Shown here in pieces: positions 10,886 to 23,123 of a stretch of DNA of 64,000 nucleotides. The stretch is from Octopus sinensis. Taxonomy: Eukaryota. Made by a program: the position numbers and the translations under genes. The stretch's first letter is position 1. Every line of letters begins with the position of its first letter. The notes under the pieces were generated by a model. The model saw only the letters and a program-made list of their open reading frames with translations. It had not been told where the DNA came from and searched no databases. The DNA is taken from assembly GCF_006345805.1 (NCBI RefSeq), contig NC_043002.1, positions 21,576,001 through 21,640,000 on the forward strand, in the 5' to 3' direction.

Positions 10886-12149
10886 TATATATATATATAT
10901 AAAGTTTTTATATGTTAGTTGCTTTATTCTAGAGTTTCTTTGCCCTTCTTGTAGATGCTGATGATACCATACTGATGATACCATACTGATGATACCATAC
11001 TGATGCTGATGATACCATACACCAGTCATAGATATGACATCTTTCTGTATTACTTGATTGATAAAACAAATGACTGATTCATGTTTTACTTCATCAGGTA
11101 TTTTTAGCATCTCCAGCTACTTGCCTTGGTTTCAGATCCCTAACATCTGTCAACTTTAATAGCTGGTCCTGGTCCCTCTATTGGGTTCACTTAGTGGTAG
11201 TCCCTCTCTTTCCCACACAATGTGGATTTAGTAATCTCTTGTACTGGTACTCCTTTACCTCTTTATCCTTTGTGTCAGTGAAAACTGGTGCACTGCTATC
11301 ATTTGGTACATATTTCTCCTCACTAATATTTTGGTTCACCACATGCTTGGCTGATGCTCTGGAACACCTCACATCTTTGATCTTCTTGCCACAGAGCATT
11401 GGCAGACATTGTACTTTCCATTTCCTGCCATGGCATATAGCTTCTCTTTTTCTTTGCTTCCCTGTTTTCCTTCAGTCTTATCAAGCCAAGCTTGTCCCTT
11501 AACTCTAACAGTGCTTTCCTTTGTGCCATTCCATCACCATGTCCCCTTCTAAATGATGGAACCATACTCCAGTTACAGACCTGATCTCTTGTTTGCAGCA
11601 GGCTGTCGTCATCTCCTCCTCTTCCTCCTCCTCCTTTTTATTGTGTATATCTCCAAGTATAATGAACTTTCTGTAGTTTGTTATTGAGTAAGTCTGCGAA
11701 AGGACCCCATAGAAACTGTCCTTTTATTCATCTGTCAGTCCTAATTGAGATGTATGAGCCAAGATAATTGTAACTAATATGCTGCCTGTCACTTCGTAAG
11801 CTTAATTATCCTGTCTAACTACTTCTGTCATTCTATCCATTTCACTGCTAGCAAAATGTCTACTCTAGCCAACCCAACACTGTTACTCACCCAGAACTTC
11901 TTGTACCTGTGTTCATTGCCCGTGAGGAACAAGACCCTCCACTATTTCATCTCGTGTTCACAGAACACTTGTACTTCCATTTATGTCGTGACACCTCTGC
12001 AATTTATTCAGACCTATCTTTTGTCAGTGTTCATTGTGGTAGTCTCGTGCATCTGACTTGAAGAGGAAAGTTTCTAGTGATGTCTGTTTTGTGCATCTGC
12101 AAAAAGAGGAGTTAGTAATCATCTGATGAGGGTTCAAGGGTTTCTCTTT

Positions 12150-12548
12150 TTTCTTTTTACTTGTTTCAGTCATTTTGACTGTGGCCATGCTGGAGCACCG
12201 TCTTTAATCGAGCAACTCGACACCAGGACTTATTCTTTGTAAGCCCAGTACTTATTCTATCGGTCTCTTTTGCCGAACCGCTAAGTGACAGGGACATAAA
12301 CACACCAGCATCGGTTGTCAAGCAATGCTAGGGGAACAAACACAGACACACAAACATACACGCACATACATATATATACATATATACGACAGGCTTCTTT
12401 CAGTTTCCGTCTACCAAATGCACTCACAAGGCTTTGGTCGGCTCGAGGCTATAGTAGAAGACACTTGCCCAAGGTGCCACGCAGTGGGACTGAACCCGGA
12501 ACCATGTGGTTGGTAAACAAGCTACTTACCACACAGCCACTCCTGCGC
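12150..12548 (-). mobile_element. SINE S2, full length
   Basis: Reverse complement of the 10487 copy architecture. Confidence 0.92.
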
Positions 12549-13299
12549 CTTTATACATTACCAAATGTTTCCACCTTATTACCCTACTGTGGTGAGCAGC
12601 ACCAATATAGTAAGTGGTTGTCCAGTTGACATTTAAGGGTTTTGTGTTGTGTTTGCGACTGAATCACACACACATTCTCATACCTGGTTGCTCACTAGTT
12701 TTGTACTTTTTGCTTTGACCTGTTTCGCATTGTATATGCCTTGTGACATTTTTTTTACCTTTGCCTTTCATCCTTCGGTTAAATAATATTGGTGTTAGAA
12801 TCAACTGCTTTTTTTTTGCCCCTACAAAAATTGATGCCCTGTATTTGACAAAAATATTTTGAGCATCTTACAAAATGCTTTGTGGTATTTGTTCTGGCGT
12901 TTTATGTGCTGTTTCTAATCCTATTATCAATGTTGCTTTCATTTTTTTGCGTTAATAAAGTACCAGTCAGGAACTCAGATTGATCTAATTTATCATTTTG
13001 CTCCCCCAAATTTCAGGCCCTGTGCTTGAAATTTGGGGAAGCAAGACAGTCATTGAGGGCTGAAGGCTGGCAAAATCATTGAAGCATTGGACTGAATGCC
13101 TTGTGATATTGAATTATGACTATGTTCTGACTTCAGATCTCACCAAGATAAAATTTGCTTTCCATCTTTCCAGTTTTAATAAAATAGAGTTTTGGTCAAC
13201 AGCTAGTGTTGATATAATCTTCTGTTCTCTGCCCTCAGAATTTCAGGTTTTATGTGTATTTTAAAACAATAATTATTTTTTGTTGTTGTTCTTGCTATT

Positions 13300-13379
13300 A
13301 TTAATATTTCTTTTTGTTTATTGTAGGTAAGTCCCATTTTATTGAGATTGAACTCTTGATGATCTTGTTTAGGGTAAGA
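13300..13379 (+). other. Candidate recursive splice site (3'ss/5'ss fusion) with downstream alternative donor
   Basis: TTTCTTTTTGTTTATTGTAG|GTAAGT at 13326/13327 and AGG|GTAAGA at 13373/13374. Confidence 0.4.
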
Positions 13380-13829
13380 CACATTTATTTATAACTCTCA
13401 AATTGATGTTTATGTGCCACAACAAACTGTCATTTTTTCTCTCTCTCTCTTTTCTCTCACACACACACATTCTCACACCTGGTTGCTTAATGAATTAAGA
13501 TGAAAGAAGTAATGGATGAGGCTAACTTGTCAAATACATCCTTCTGTTAAATTCCTTCAGGCTTCTCTTGAAGTGGAACAGAAGTGTCAAAAAGATAAAT
13601 AATATACTGAGTTTAAGTCATCATTGTTAGGTTTTGTTTCAGCACTCTTTCACTTTGATCTCAAGGCCCTTATGATTATATAGGATTTTGTAATCTCAAA
13701 TCCTTTTCAACAGATGTCCTGCTCAGAACTAGTGGTATATCAGTGACGTTTGGCTTCCTTAGTTACACTGCTTTTAATAATGTCTTGCTAGTTTGCTTTC
13801 ATTTCCTTATTGGATATCATAAGTAGTGA

Positions 13830-14110
13830 AGATGTGTGGCTTCGTGGTCAGAGTATTCACCTCACAATTGTAAGGTCGTGAGTTCAATTCCTGGCAGCAG
13901 ATTGGGTCTGTGAGCAAAAAGCTTTATTTCTACATTGCTCCAGTCCTCAGCTGGCTAAAATCAGTTGTACCTGTATTTCAGCTTCATCATACTCTCTGTC
14001 ACGTTGAATCTCCTTGAGAACTATGTTAAGAGTACGTGTGTTTAAGGAGTGCTCAGCCATTTGCACATTAATTTCATGAGTGGGCTGTTCCCGTAACCAA
14101 CAGACTGCCA
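13830..14110 (+). mobile_element. SINE S3
   Basis: GTGTGGCTTCGTGGTCAGAG head, GAGTTCAATTCC B-box, body shared with 1020-1345. Confidence 0.8.
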
Positions 14111-14251
14111 TTATCATAAGTGGTACTCACTAGTATTATGACTTGCTCATTTTAGTTGACTGTTCTTTTCATAAATACTTCTATTGTTTGTCAAATAGTC
14201 ATTTGGTATAACTTATTATTCTGTCACACCCCATTTATATATATATATATC

Positions 14252-14575
14252 AAGAGTATATAATTGTGAGTAAATCACATTTATAATGGAGCAGGTTATA
14301 AAACCCTTACATGCCTAGAAATAGCAGTCAAAACTACTATGAAGCCACTACAATCACTCATATTTAATCTCCTCAACTATAAATACTGTCGGCAAGTGAC
14401 TTGACAAAAAACTAAAATTTAAATAAAAGTAAAAGATTAGTCCTCTACTGCAATTTCGAAGTTAGGAACCAAAAATGGATCCATTCTCTTCAGAAAGACA
14501 TTCCTGTACATAGAAATCAACACAAAAACACACCTCCCTGTTATAATTATGATTTATTCATAATTATATACTCTT
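14252..14575 (-). mobile_element. Hammerhead-bearing element bounded by 36-bp terminal inverted repeats
   Basis: 14252-14287 versus reverse complement of 14540-14575, 31/36 identical by eye; hammerhead inside. Confidence 0.7.
14440..14499 (-). ncRNA. Type I hammerhead ribozyme motif with complete catalytic core, predicted GUA cleavage
   Basis: GUCUUU CUGAAGA GAA-uggauccauuuuugguuccuaac-UUC GAAA UUGCA GUA^ GAGGAC. Confidence 0.8.
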
Positions 14576-14679
14576 CTTTGATGAAATAAATTGTTGATTG
14601 CATGGCCACTGATATATTCGTAAATAATTTTGAATTGTTTACGATATATCCTAAGTAATGTATTTTTACATTCATTTCT

Positions 14680-14713
<34 letters not shown>

Positions 14714-14789
14714 ACAAAATAATAGATAAAACATATGCATATATACATACATATATGTACGTACCTAGATCTATATGTATATATGCATG

Positions 14790-15150
14790 CATATATGGGT
14801 ACAGGATGCCAAAAAAACGTTGAACACAATGAGAAACGAAAACATTAAAACAAAACCATGAAAACAGACATTTTTTTAAACAACGAAAAAACAGAGTACA
14901 AGACATACAACACAAGGAAAATTCCCCTTCCTCAGCCGCCCCTGCTTTGTCTACTCCGTGTTTCGAAGGTAAGGGCGAGACACGACTTCATTGAAACAGC
15001 CCTTCCCGCAAAGCAAATTAAATAAAATTTGGGATTTTTTGCAGAGGGGTAAAAGTGGTAACAAGAACAGGACAGCAAAAGCAAAACAAGACAGTAAAAA
15101 TACAAATAAAAACAGTAAAAGACAGGACAAGGAGAATAACAGTAACACAA
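14790..15150. mobile_element. Unclassified interspersed repeat-like segment
   Basis: CpG-containing, strand-skewed segment between microsatellites; no second copy in the window. Confidence 0.3.
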
Positions 15151-15161
15151 TATATATATAT

Positions 15162-15420
15162 ATTCAAATGAATATGATACTTAAGTTGAGGCACCAGAAT
15201 TTAGTACGGTATTATCCATACAATTTCAAAGTAAGGTGATTAAAATCAAAGTAAGTAACAAGGATATCCGGAGGTAATACAGTACGATTGTTTCATGCAA
15301 CTCCATTTCATTGAACAATGCAATGTAAAGCAATCTTCAGCTGCACAAAGACGTAGAATTTAATTAAATTAGAACAGATGGACACATTAGTTTAATTATA
15401 CCTAAAATCTCCAAGAAGTT
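15162..15420 (-). mobile_element. Penelope-like/retrozyme element family A, second copy
   Basis: Post-ribozyme tail aligns with 10319-10436 (ATTACC..CGGA..CTTGTT.CTTA.TTTGATT.TAATCACC...AAATTCTGGTGC...CATATTCATTTGAAT); upstream limit uncertain. Confidence 0.7.
15278..15345 (-). ncRNA. Type I hammerhead motif, near intact
   Basis: UGCAG CUGAAGA UUGC-[31 nt]-GCAU GAAA CAAUCGU A^ CUGUA; U-U at the base of stem II, one transition in the stem III palindrome. Confidence 0.65.
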
Positions 15421-15868
15421 AAGGAGATAGACAAAGAACGTGTTGTTTCTACTCCAACATTGAAGTTAGTACTCAACACATGTACATACAGTCTTATTCT
15501 TCTACAACACAGTCTAAGGATTGTACTTTTGCTACCGCTGTCCTTCCTCCCCAGATGTGGCTTCACAACCCATATGTTTCACTGCCTTCTCTACCTCATG
15601 TTCACCTCCACTACATTATGTCAACCTCCATGGAACATATTTACCTCTACTCCTTTGTAACTGCTTCTTCCACTACATCATATATGACTATAGAGTAGAG
15701 ATTGTTTCCCTCAGGCTGTACATTTTTATGGTATGAGTTACCTCCATAAAACCCCAGTTTATCCTGATTTTCTAGTGTAAGCTAGATGCAAAATTCCGAC
15801 TGTTACACAGCATCCAAAACTACACTCTACATTGCTACTTACTTCTTTCAGTAAATAGAAAGAAGAGT

Positions 15869-16345
15869 ATCATCATCATCATCGTTTAATGTCCGCTTTT
15901 TATGCTAGCATGGGTTGGACGAATGACTGAGGGCTGGCGAACCAGATGGCTGCACCAGGCTTCAATCTTGATCTGGCAGAGTTTCTACTGCTGGATGCCC
16001 TTCCTAACGCCAACCACTCCAAGAGTGTAGTGGGTGCCTTTACGTGCCACCGGCATGGGGGCCAGTCAGGCGGCACTGGCAACAACCTCACTCGAATCTT
16101 TTACACATACCACCAGTGCGGGTGCAAGTAAGGAGATGCTGGTAATGATCATGCTCGAATGGTGTCTCTTACGTGCCACTGGCACGGAGGCCGGATAGCC
16201 GCTCTGGCAACGATCATGCTCAGATGGTGCTCTTAATGCCCTACTAGCATGGGGCTCGAGTGCCAGTAATGCAACGCTAGTAACGATCACGCTTGAATGG
16301 TGCCTTTTAAGTGCCACTGGCACGGAAGCCGGTTAGCCGCTCTGT
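15869..16345 (-). mobile_element. RTE LINE 3' UTR fragment with several hairpin units
   Basis: (CAT)n CGTTTAATGTCCGC...GGATGCCCTTCCTAACGCCAACC; repeated GTGCCAC(C/T)GGCAC. Confidence 0.9.
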
Positions 16346-17554
16346 GCTGCAGAAATCCTGATCAATCTGAATCAAAATGTTTGAGTAAAAATAATGCCCT
16401 GTAGCTTGTCCTAAATGCCCACAAAGATATTAACTTTTATGCTGTTGGTGAACACTTGCAATAGTAATACTTAGCAATAACAGATATTCATTATGAGCCC
16501 CCATCCAGTGGAATTGATCAGACTAAATACAACTGTTTCTGACTGTTTTCTCTTCACTGTTGTTGCTTAATCCTAGGTTATACATGTTCCAGTATATTCT
16601 TTGCTGTTTCAGCTGTGACCATGCCATCTTTTAGGGTTTTTTTAGGGGCCTGGATGTGGGTTTCAGAAATAGTATATGTCTACAGCTACTCTATCCAATG
16701 CACCTTTCCTTTTTTTTTGAAGATGGCACAGTGCAATTTGAGGGACAATGGTTGCTATTTTTAACTGCTCAGCCTACCCTTTAGTAGCTCCTTTCATTAG
16801 CTTAATCTTCTCTTTATTGTAAAATTTGGTCTTAGAAAAGATGTTGTTCGCTTCATATTTAAGACGTAGTAAAGGAACTGGCAGAGAGTTGATTGATTAA
16901 ATGTGTAGAAGTTCTCCTTGACTCCTCCTCCTCCTCCTCATCGTCGTCGTTGTCATCACCATCATTATCACACCACCCCCACCACCAACAACAACAACAG
17001 TTTTTCCATGAGTTAGATCAGTTTGTGTTACTGTATCTTGCCACTCATATTGATCTTTAACCAAAGATGGGTCAAACAGATCTGTACAGATACATCTTCA
17101 GTCAACTCTTTCTGACATAACAATCTTAAGACCTTGACCTCTCAACTTATCACACACACACTTACTTCATCTTCCTCCTTTGCTCTTTCTTGTAGTCAAC
17201 TATTTCATCATATGCTATTCCTGAATGGCAAACCAGTTCTTGAAGCTCAGATCTAGTTTGAATTTGCATATTACATGCTTATCTGTGGCTTAGAGTTTTG
17301 TACCAGTCAGGCAAACTGAGGTGAGAAGAGTTACACACTCTTTGCTGTATTCTTTTAATAGTTTGTAGACTTTATCAGAACCTAATGATAATTATACTTT
17401 GCATGGCTCAATTTAGCATGTTTTCTTGCATATAATTAAATACTTCATATATTTGAATTATTTGTCAATCAGAGTTGTAAGCCCTTTGTTTAAAAGCATA
17501 AATATGATGGTATGTGTGAGTGTGTATGCATACACTCACACATATAAAATACAA

Positions 17555-18070
17555 ACCTGGTTTTATGGTTAAAGTGTTTTGGATTCAAACTCACTACATA
17601 GCACCTTGGCCAAATGTCTTCTACTATAGCTTGAGGTTGCTCAAAGCATGTGAGTGGATTTGGTAGATGGAAACTGAAAGAAGCTTGTCTTTGCGCTCGG
17701 TGTTTGTGTGTGTGTGTGTGTGTAGATGTATGTATGTATATGTGAATGTGTATGTTTGTGTCTTTGTGTCTCAACATTGCGTGTATAGATGTATGTATGT
17801 ATATGTGAATGTGTATGTTTGTGTCTTTGTGTCTCAACATTGTGTGATTGTCATAAACATATGACATTCATTTCCAATATTCTCCAGAAACATGTCTGGC
17901 TATGGGCAAGTTTTACCTTACTCGGAAACACACCAGTGTTGGCAACAAGAAGGGTAAGAAGTTGTTGAAAATGCTTTCAGAAAATCTGCTTTGATAAGAC
18001 TCTGTCCAATCCATGTGAGCATGGAAACATTGATGTTAAAAGGATGCTGGTGCTGATGATAATGATGGTG
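17555..18070 (+). mobile_element. Degenerate SINE S2 head and CORE ending in an RTE-like tail
   Basis: GGATTCAAACTCAC..CCTTGGCCAAATGTCTTCTACTATAGC then GTTGGCAACAAGAAGGG..GTCCAATCCATGTGAGCATGGAAA..GTTAAA..GATGAT. Confidence 0.6.
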
Positions 18071-18351
18071 AGATATACTTACACACAAACAGAGACATCA
18101 GATAGACATCTTAAGAATGCAGGCAATCATTCATGGCAACACAGCGATAACATATTTTAACTTTTGTCAACTCATCAGATGACAGTTCAATACCATTGCT
18201 ATTGAACCAAATATTGCAAGTTTTCCAGTTTGGGTTAATACATCATGAGAACAAGAAAAAAGAAGTACAACAAACAAACAAACAAAACAAAACAGGTTAT
18301 GAATTGTATTAGTTTCAAAAATTGCTTTTCGTATTTTATTTACCTGTTTTA

Positions 18352-18383
<32 letters not shown>

Positions 18384-19239
18384 GACTGACTGAAACAAGT
18401 AAAAGAATGAAAGAATATATTATATATGTATATATAATTTTTATTTTCTGTTGTCTTTACATGGAGTTGTTTCACAGAATAGAGCTGTTGGTTAATAAAC
18501 TAATGGATGTTGGGCTGTACTGATGATAGTAGTGTGCAAACACATGCACATGTACATATGCATTCATTCATACATACACACACATACATATATACATACA
18601 TATACACACTCACACCGCCATATGTATACATACACTCACATACATATGCACGTTAGTGTTGTTCTGCCTCAGCCAACAATAATACAAATAGTTTAAACAG
18701 TGAGATATATTGGGCAGGACACCTTCATCAGAATTCTCTCTCTCTCTTTCTCTCTCCCTCTCTCTCTCTTTCTCTCTCCCTCTCTCTCTCTTTCTCTCTC
18801 CCTCTCTCTCTCTCTTTCTCTGTTATGCTGTATTGATGTGTAGACATAAACACACACACAGACACACATACACACACACACACACTCTAGGCGTATACAC
18901 ACATTCTCTGTCTCTCTCCCTTCTCACATACCCACTACTGTCTGTCTTCCTTTCTCGCAAACCCATTTCTTGTTTCCCCTTTCTCTTCCCTCTTCTATCT
19001 CTTTTCCCCCTTCTTTCTCTCTCCCCCTCTCTGTCTCCCCTTCTCTGTCTCTCCCCCTCTCTCTCAATCTAGCATGCTGTAATGATTATAATGTTCTGTA
19101 ATATGGTTAAGATTCTACCTACATGCATACATACATTGCTCACACACACACACATGCACACACACACATTCTGTTTCTCCTCTGCGCATACATACATTAC
19201 TCACACACACACACACACACATACACACACACATTCTGT

Positions 19240-20135
19240 TTCTCCTCTGTGTTGTGATGACGTGGGTGATGATAGTGATGACACGAGTCAGTTATGACAA
19301 TAATGCAATGAGGATGATCTTGACATATGACCGTGAAGACAATGATGATGATGATAATGGTGATAATAATATTTACTGCAGTGGTATTAATGGTGGTTAG
19401 AGCGATGGTGTTGATAGTGGTGATGATGATGAGAATGTTGATGATATTGACGATGCTGGTGCTTGTGGCAATTATGATGATAATGACTATGATAGAAATG
19501 ATAATTACCACAATAGCATTGAAGGTGGTGGTGACACTATGTGGTGTAAATGGAGAGGAGGATAAAGGTGGTGATGGTCATGGTGGTGGTGCTGAGGTTG
19601 ATGATGATTGGGAGGAGGGGTAGGACAAGGGTGGTGGTGGTGGTGATGATGATGATGAAGATGAGGAGGACAAGGTTAGTAGTGATGATGATGAAGAGGA
19701 AGAGGAGAAAGAGAAGGTCAGAGGTAGAGATGATGATTTTAGGGGTGGTAAGGAAGATGAGGAGGATGAGGGTGGTGGTGGTGGTGGTGATGAGGGGGAG
19801 AAGGACGACGGTAGTGGGGAGGGATTTTAGGAGTGGTGATGACAATGATGATGATAGTGTTGATGAAAATAGAGAGAAGGTCAAGTATGGTAATGAGGTT
19901 GATGATGATGCTGGCGGTGATGATGATGATGGAAAAGACGAGGATAAAGGTGGTGGGTGGTGATAGTGACGGCAGTATCAACTATTACAATGGTATTGAT
20001 GGCTGCAATGATGGTAATGATGATAATGGTGACATTAATGATGATGACAATGTAGATGATGATGATGATGATGATAGTGACAACAATATTTACAGTGATG
20101 TCTACGTTGATAATGGTGATGATGATGATGTCAAT
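19240..20135. repeat. (GAT/GGT/GAG)n triplet low-complexity tract
   Basis: Purine-rich degenerate triplets; source of the spurious M/D/I-rich ORFs. Confidence 0.9.
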
Positions 20136-20737
20136 GCTAGGAATATATATATCTTCTTGCTGTTTCTACAAAAGGTTTTATTTTTGGTTTGTTTTGCTCC
20201 AATATTGCCCCCTCCCATACACAAACACACACACACACACACACACAAACAGGCACACACATACACAACTACGGACTATTAACTTGTATATTATGCTATG
20301 TTTCTCTTAATCATTTTTGTTTGATGTCTCATGTGTAATGAACTGTGTGCTTGTGTGATATCGTTGTGTGTTTCTGTAGGCTATTTGTAATTATTTTTAT
20401 ATATTTGTGGGTTTATATAAACCTGTATATCAATATAAATACATGTGCACACACCCATACACACACAAATACATACACACACACCATATATATATGTGCA
20501 TCATTCTGGTGTTGAATTTACAAATTAACTTTATAGACCAACTCAATAGAACTAAATACCTCTAGCAGATTAAATATACTGTGTGGAGTGTATACATATG
20601 TATATGTATGTATGCATATGTATGATGTGTGTATATGTATGTATATATATGTATATGTGTGTATATATATATATATGTATATATATAAATATATAAATAT
20701 ATATATATATAGGTATATATATATGTATATATATATA

Positions 20738-22065
20738 TCATCATCATCATCATCATCATCATCATCGTTTAGCGTCCGCTTTCCATGCTGGCATGGGTTG
20801 GACGGGTCAACTGGGGTCTGTGAAGCTGGAAGGCTTCGTCAGGCCCAGTCAGATCTGGCAGTGTTTCTACGGCTGGATGCCCTTCCTAACGCCAACCACT
20901 CCGCGAGAGTAGTGAGTGTTTTTTATGTGCCACCTGCACAGGTGCCAGACAGAGCTGGCGAACGGCCACAAACGGATGGTGCTTTTACGTGTCACCGGCA
21001 CGGGGCCAGGCGATGCTGGCAACGGACACGAACGGATGGTGCTTTTACGTGCCACCGACACGGGGCCAGACAGAGCTGGCAACCGGCCACGAACGGACGG
21101 TGCTTCTACGTGTCACCGGCACGGGGGCCAGCCGAGGCTGGCAACGGACGCGAACGGATGGTGCTTTTACGTGCCACCGACACGGTTGCCAGACAGACCT
21201 GGCAAACTGCCACGAACGGACGGTGCTTCTACGTGTCACCGGCACGGGGGCCAGCCGAGGCTGGCAACGGGCACGGACGGATGGTGCTTTTACGTGCCAC
21301 TGACACGGGGACAGACAGAGCTGGCAAACGGCCACGAACGGATGGTGCTTTTACGTGCCACCGACACGGGGCCAGACAGAGCTGGCAAACGGACGGTGCT
21401 TTTACGTGTCACCGGCACGGGGCCAGGCGAGGCTGGCAACGAACACGAACGGATGGTGCTTTTACGTGCCACCGACACGGGGCCAGGCAGAGCTGGCAAA
21501 CGGCCATGAGCGAATGGTGCTTTTACGTATCACCGGCATGGGTGCCAGACGAGGCTGACAGCAGACACGAACGGATGGGTCACTTAACCCCTGCTTTCTC
21601 ATATATGTTTTGATTTTGATTGTTCTCACTGGTCTTGCCGGGTCTTCTCACGCACAGCATACTTCCATAGGTCTCGGTCTCTGGTCATTTCCTTGGTGAG
21701 ACCTAGAGTTCGAAGGTCGTGCTTCACCACCTCGACCCAGGTTTTCCTGGGTCTACCTCTTCCACAGGTCCCCTCAACTGCCAGGGTGTGGCACTTTTTC
21801 ACACACCTATCTTCATCCATTCTCACCACATGACCATACCAGTGCAATCGTCTCTCTTGCACACATCTGATTCCTCTTAGGTCCAACTTTTCTCTCAAGG
21901 TACTTACACTCTGTCGACTATGAACACTGACATTACACATCCAACGGAGCATACTAGCTCATTTCTCGCGAGCTTACGCATGTCCTCAGCAGTCACGGCC
22001 CATGTTTCACTGCCATGTAGCATGGCTGTTCGTACACACGCATCATACAGTCTGCCTTTACTCTG
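20738..22065 (-). mobile_element. 5'-truncated RTE-clade LINE (ORF2 end, 3' UTR with 11-unit array, (GAT)n tail)
   Basis: ORF 21626-21952 MLRWMCNV...RLHWYGHVVRM...GRGRPRKTW is the RTE C-terminus; CpG-rich, so young. Confidence 0.93.
20916..21578 (-). repeat. Tandem array of 11 units of 60-62 bp (one of 51 bp) with two hairpins each
   Basis: Unit starts GTG(C/T)TT(T/C)TA(C/T)GT at about 20916, 20979, 21039, 21100, 21161, 21223, 21284, 21345, 21396, 21456, 21517. Confidence 0.95.
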
Positions 22066-22102
22066 TCTATATATATATATAGATATATATATATCTATAT
22101 AT

Positions 22103-22149
<47 letters not shown>

Positions 22150-22464
22150 TATATATATATATTGATATATATATATATATATATATATATAGATATATAT
22201 TATATATATATTATATATATATATATATATATATGATATATATATAATATATATATTATATATATATATATTGATATATATATATATTGATATATATATA
22301 TATATATCTATATTGATATATATATATATATATATTTGATTATATTATATATATATATATATGCTATATATATATATATATATATTGAGATATATATATA
22401 TATATATATATATTGATATATATATATATATATATATGGATATTATATATATATATATATATTG

Positions 22465-22507
<43 letters not shown>

Positions 22508-22530
22508 ATATATATATATATATAATATAT

Positions 22531-22570
<40 letters not shown>

Positions 22571-23080
22571 ATATAATATATATATATATTGATATATATA
22601 TATATAATATATATATATATATATAATTGATATATATATAGATATATATATATATAGATATATATATATATATATATATATATCATATGATATATATATA
22701 TATATAGGTACATATCTGTGTATATATATAGGTATATATCTGTGTATATATATAGGTATATATCTGTGTATATATATAGGTATATATCTGTGTATATATA
22801 TAGGTATATATCTGTATATATATATAGTATATATCTGTGTATATATATAGGTATATATCTGTGTATATATATATAGGTATATATCTGTATATATATATAT
22901 ATCTGTGTATATATCTTTATATATATATATAGGTATATATCTGTATATATAATATAGGTATATATCTGTGTATATAATAGGTATATAGTGTGTGTGTATA
23001 GTATATATCTTTATATATGATATATATATATATCTGTATATATATATAGGTATATATCTGTATCTATATATAGGTATATA

Positions 23081-23123
<43 letters not shown>

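Noticed and set aside
10956-11020. Repeated CTGATGA in a 15-bp tandem repeat
   Set aside because: Simple minisatellite with no stems or GAAA.
11187-11565. Minus-strand ORFs of 70-80 aa with Cys residues
   Set aside because: No recognisable motif; may be a decayed retroelement but I cannot support a call.
14895-14985. Possible type II hammerhead on the minus strand (CTTC GAAAC ACGGA GTA ... CTGAGGA AGGGG)
   Set aside because: No stem I can form between the GUA and CUGAGGA, and stem II pairing is poor.
18700-18735. Minus-strand CTGATGAAGG..CC CAATAT, and similar CTGATGAG hits at 8880, 12124, 18173, 42525 and 57300
   Set aside because: GAAA is missing or misplaced and stem I is absent; not distinguishable from chance in this sequence.
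19327-20310. Long acidic or Met-rich ORFs
   Set aside because: Degenerate GAT/GGT triplet tract open in several frames, with no domain or splice context.
20916-21578. CRISPR-like look: a conserved palindromic 30-bp part alternating with a variable 30-bp part
   Set aside because: The variable parts are two related sequence types rather than unique spacers, the array sits in a LINE 3' UTR in an animal genome, and no cas genes are present.
20588-21613. 341-aa ORF with repeated CHRHG/TDGAFT motifs, and similar ORFs at 27075, 28040 and 51780
   Set aside because: Antisense read-through of the RTE 3' UTR array; motifs shift between frames with unit length.
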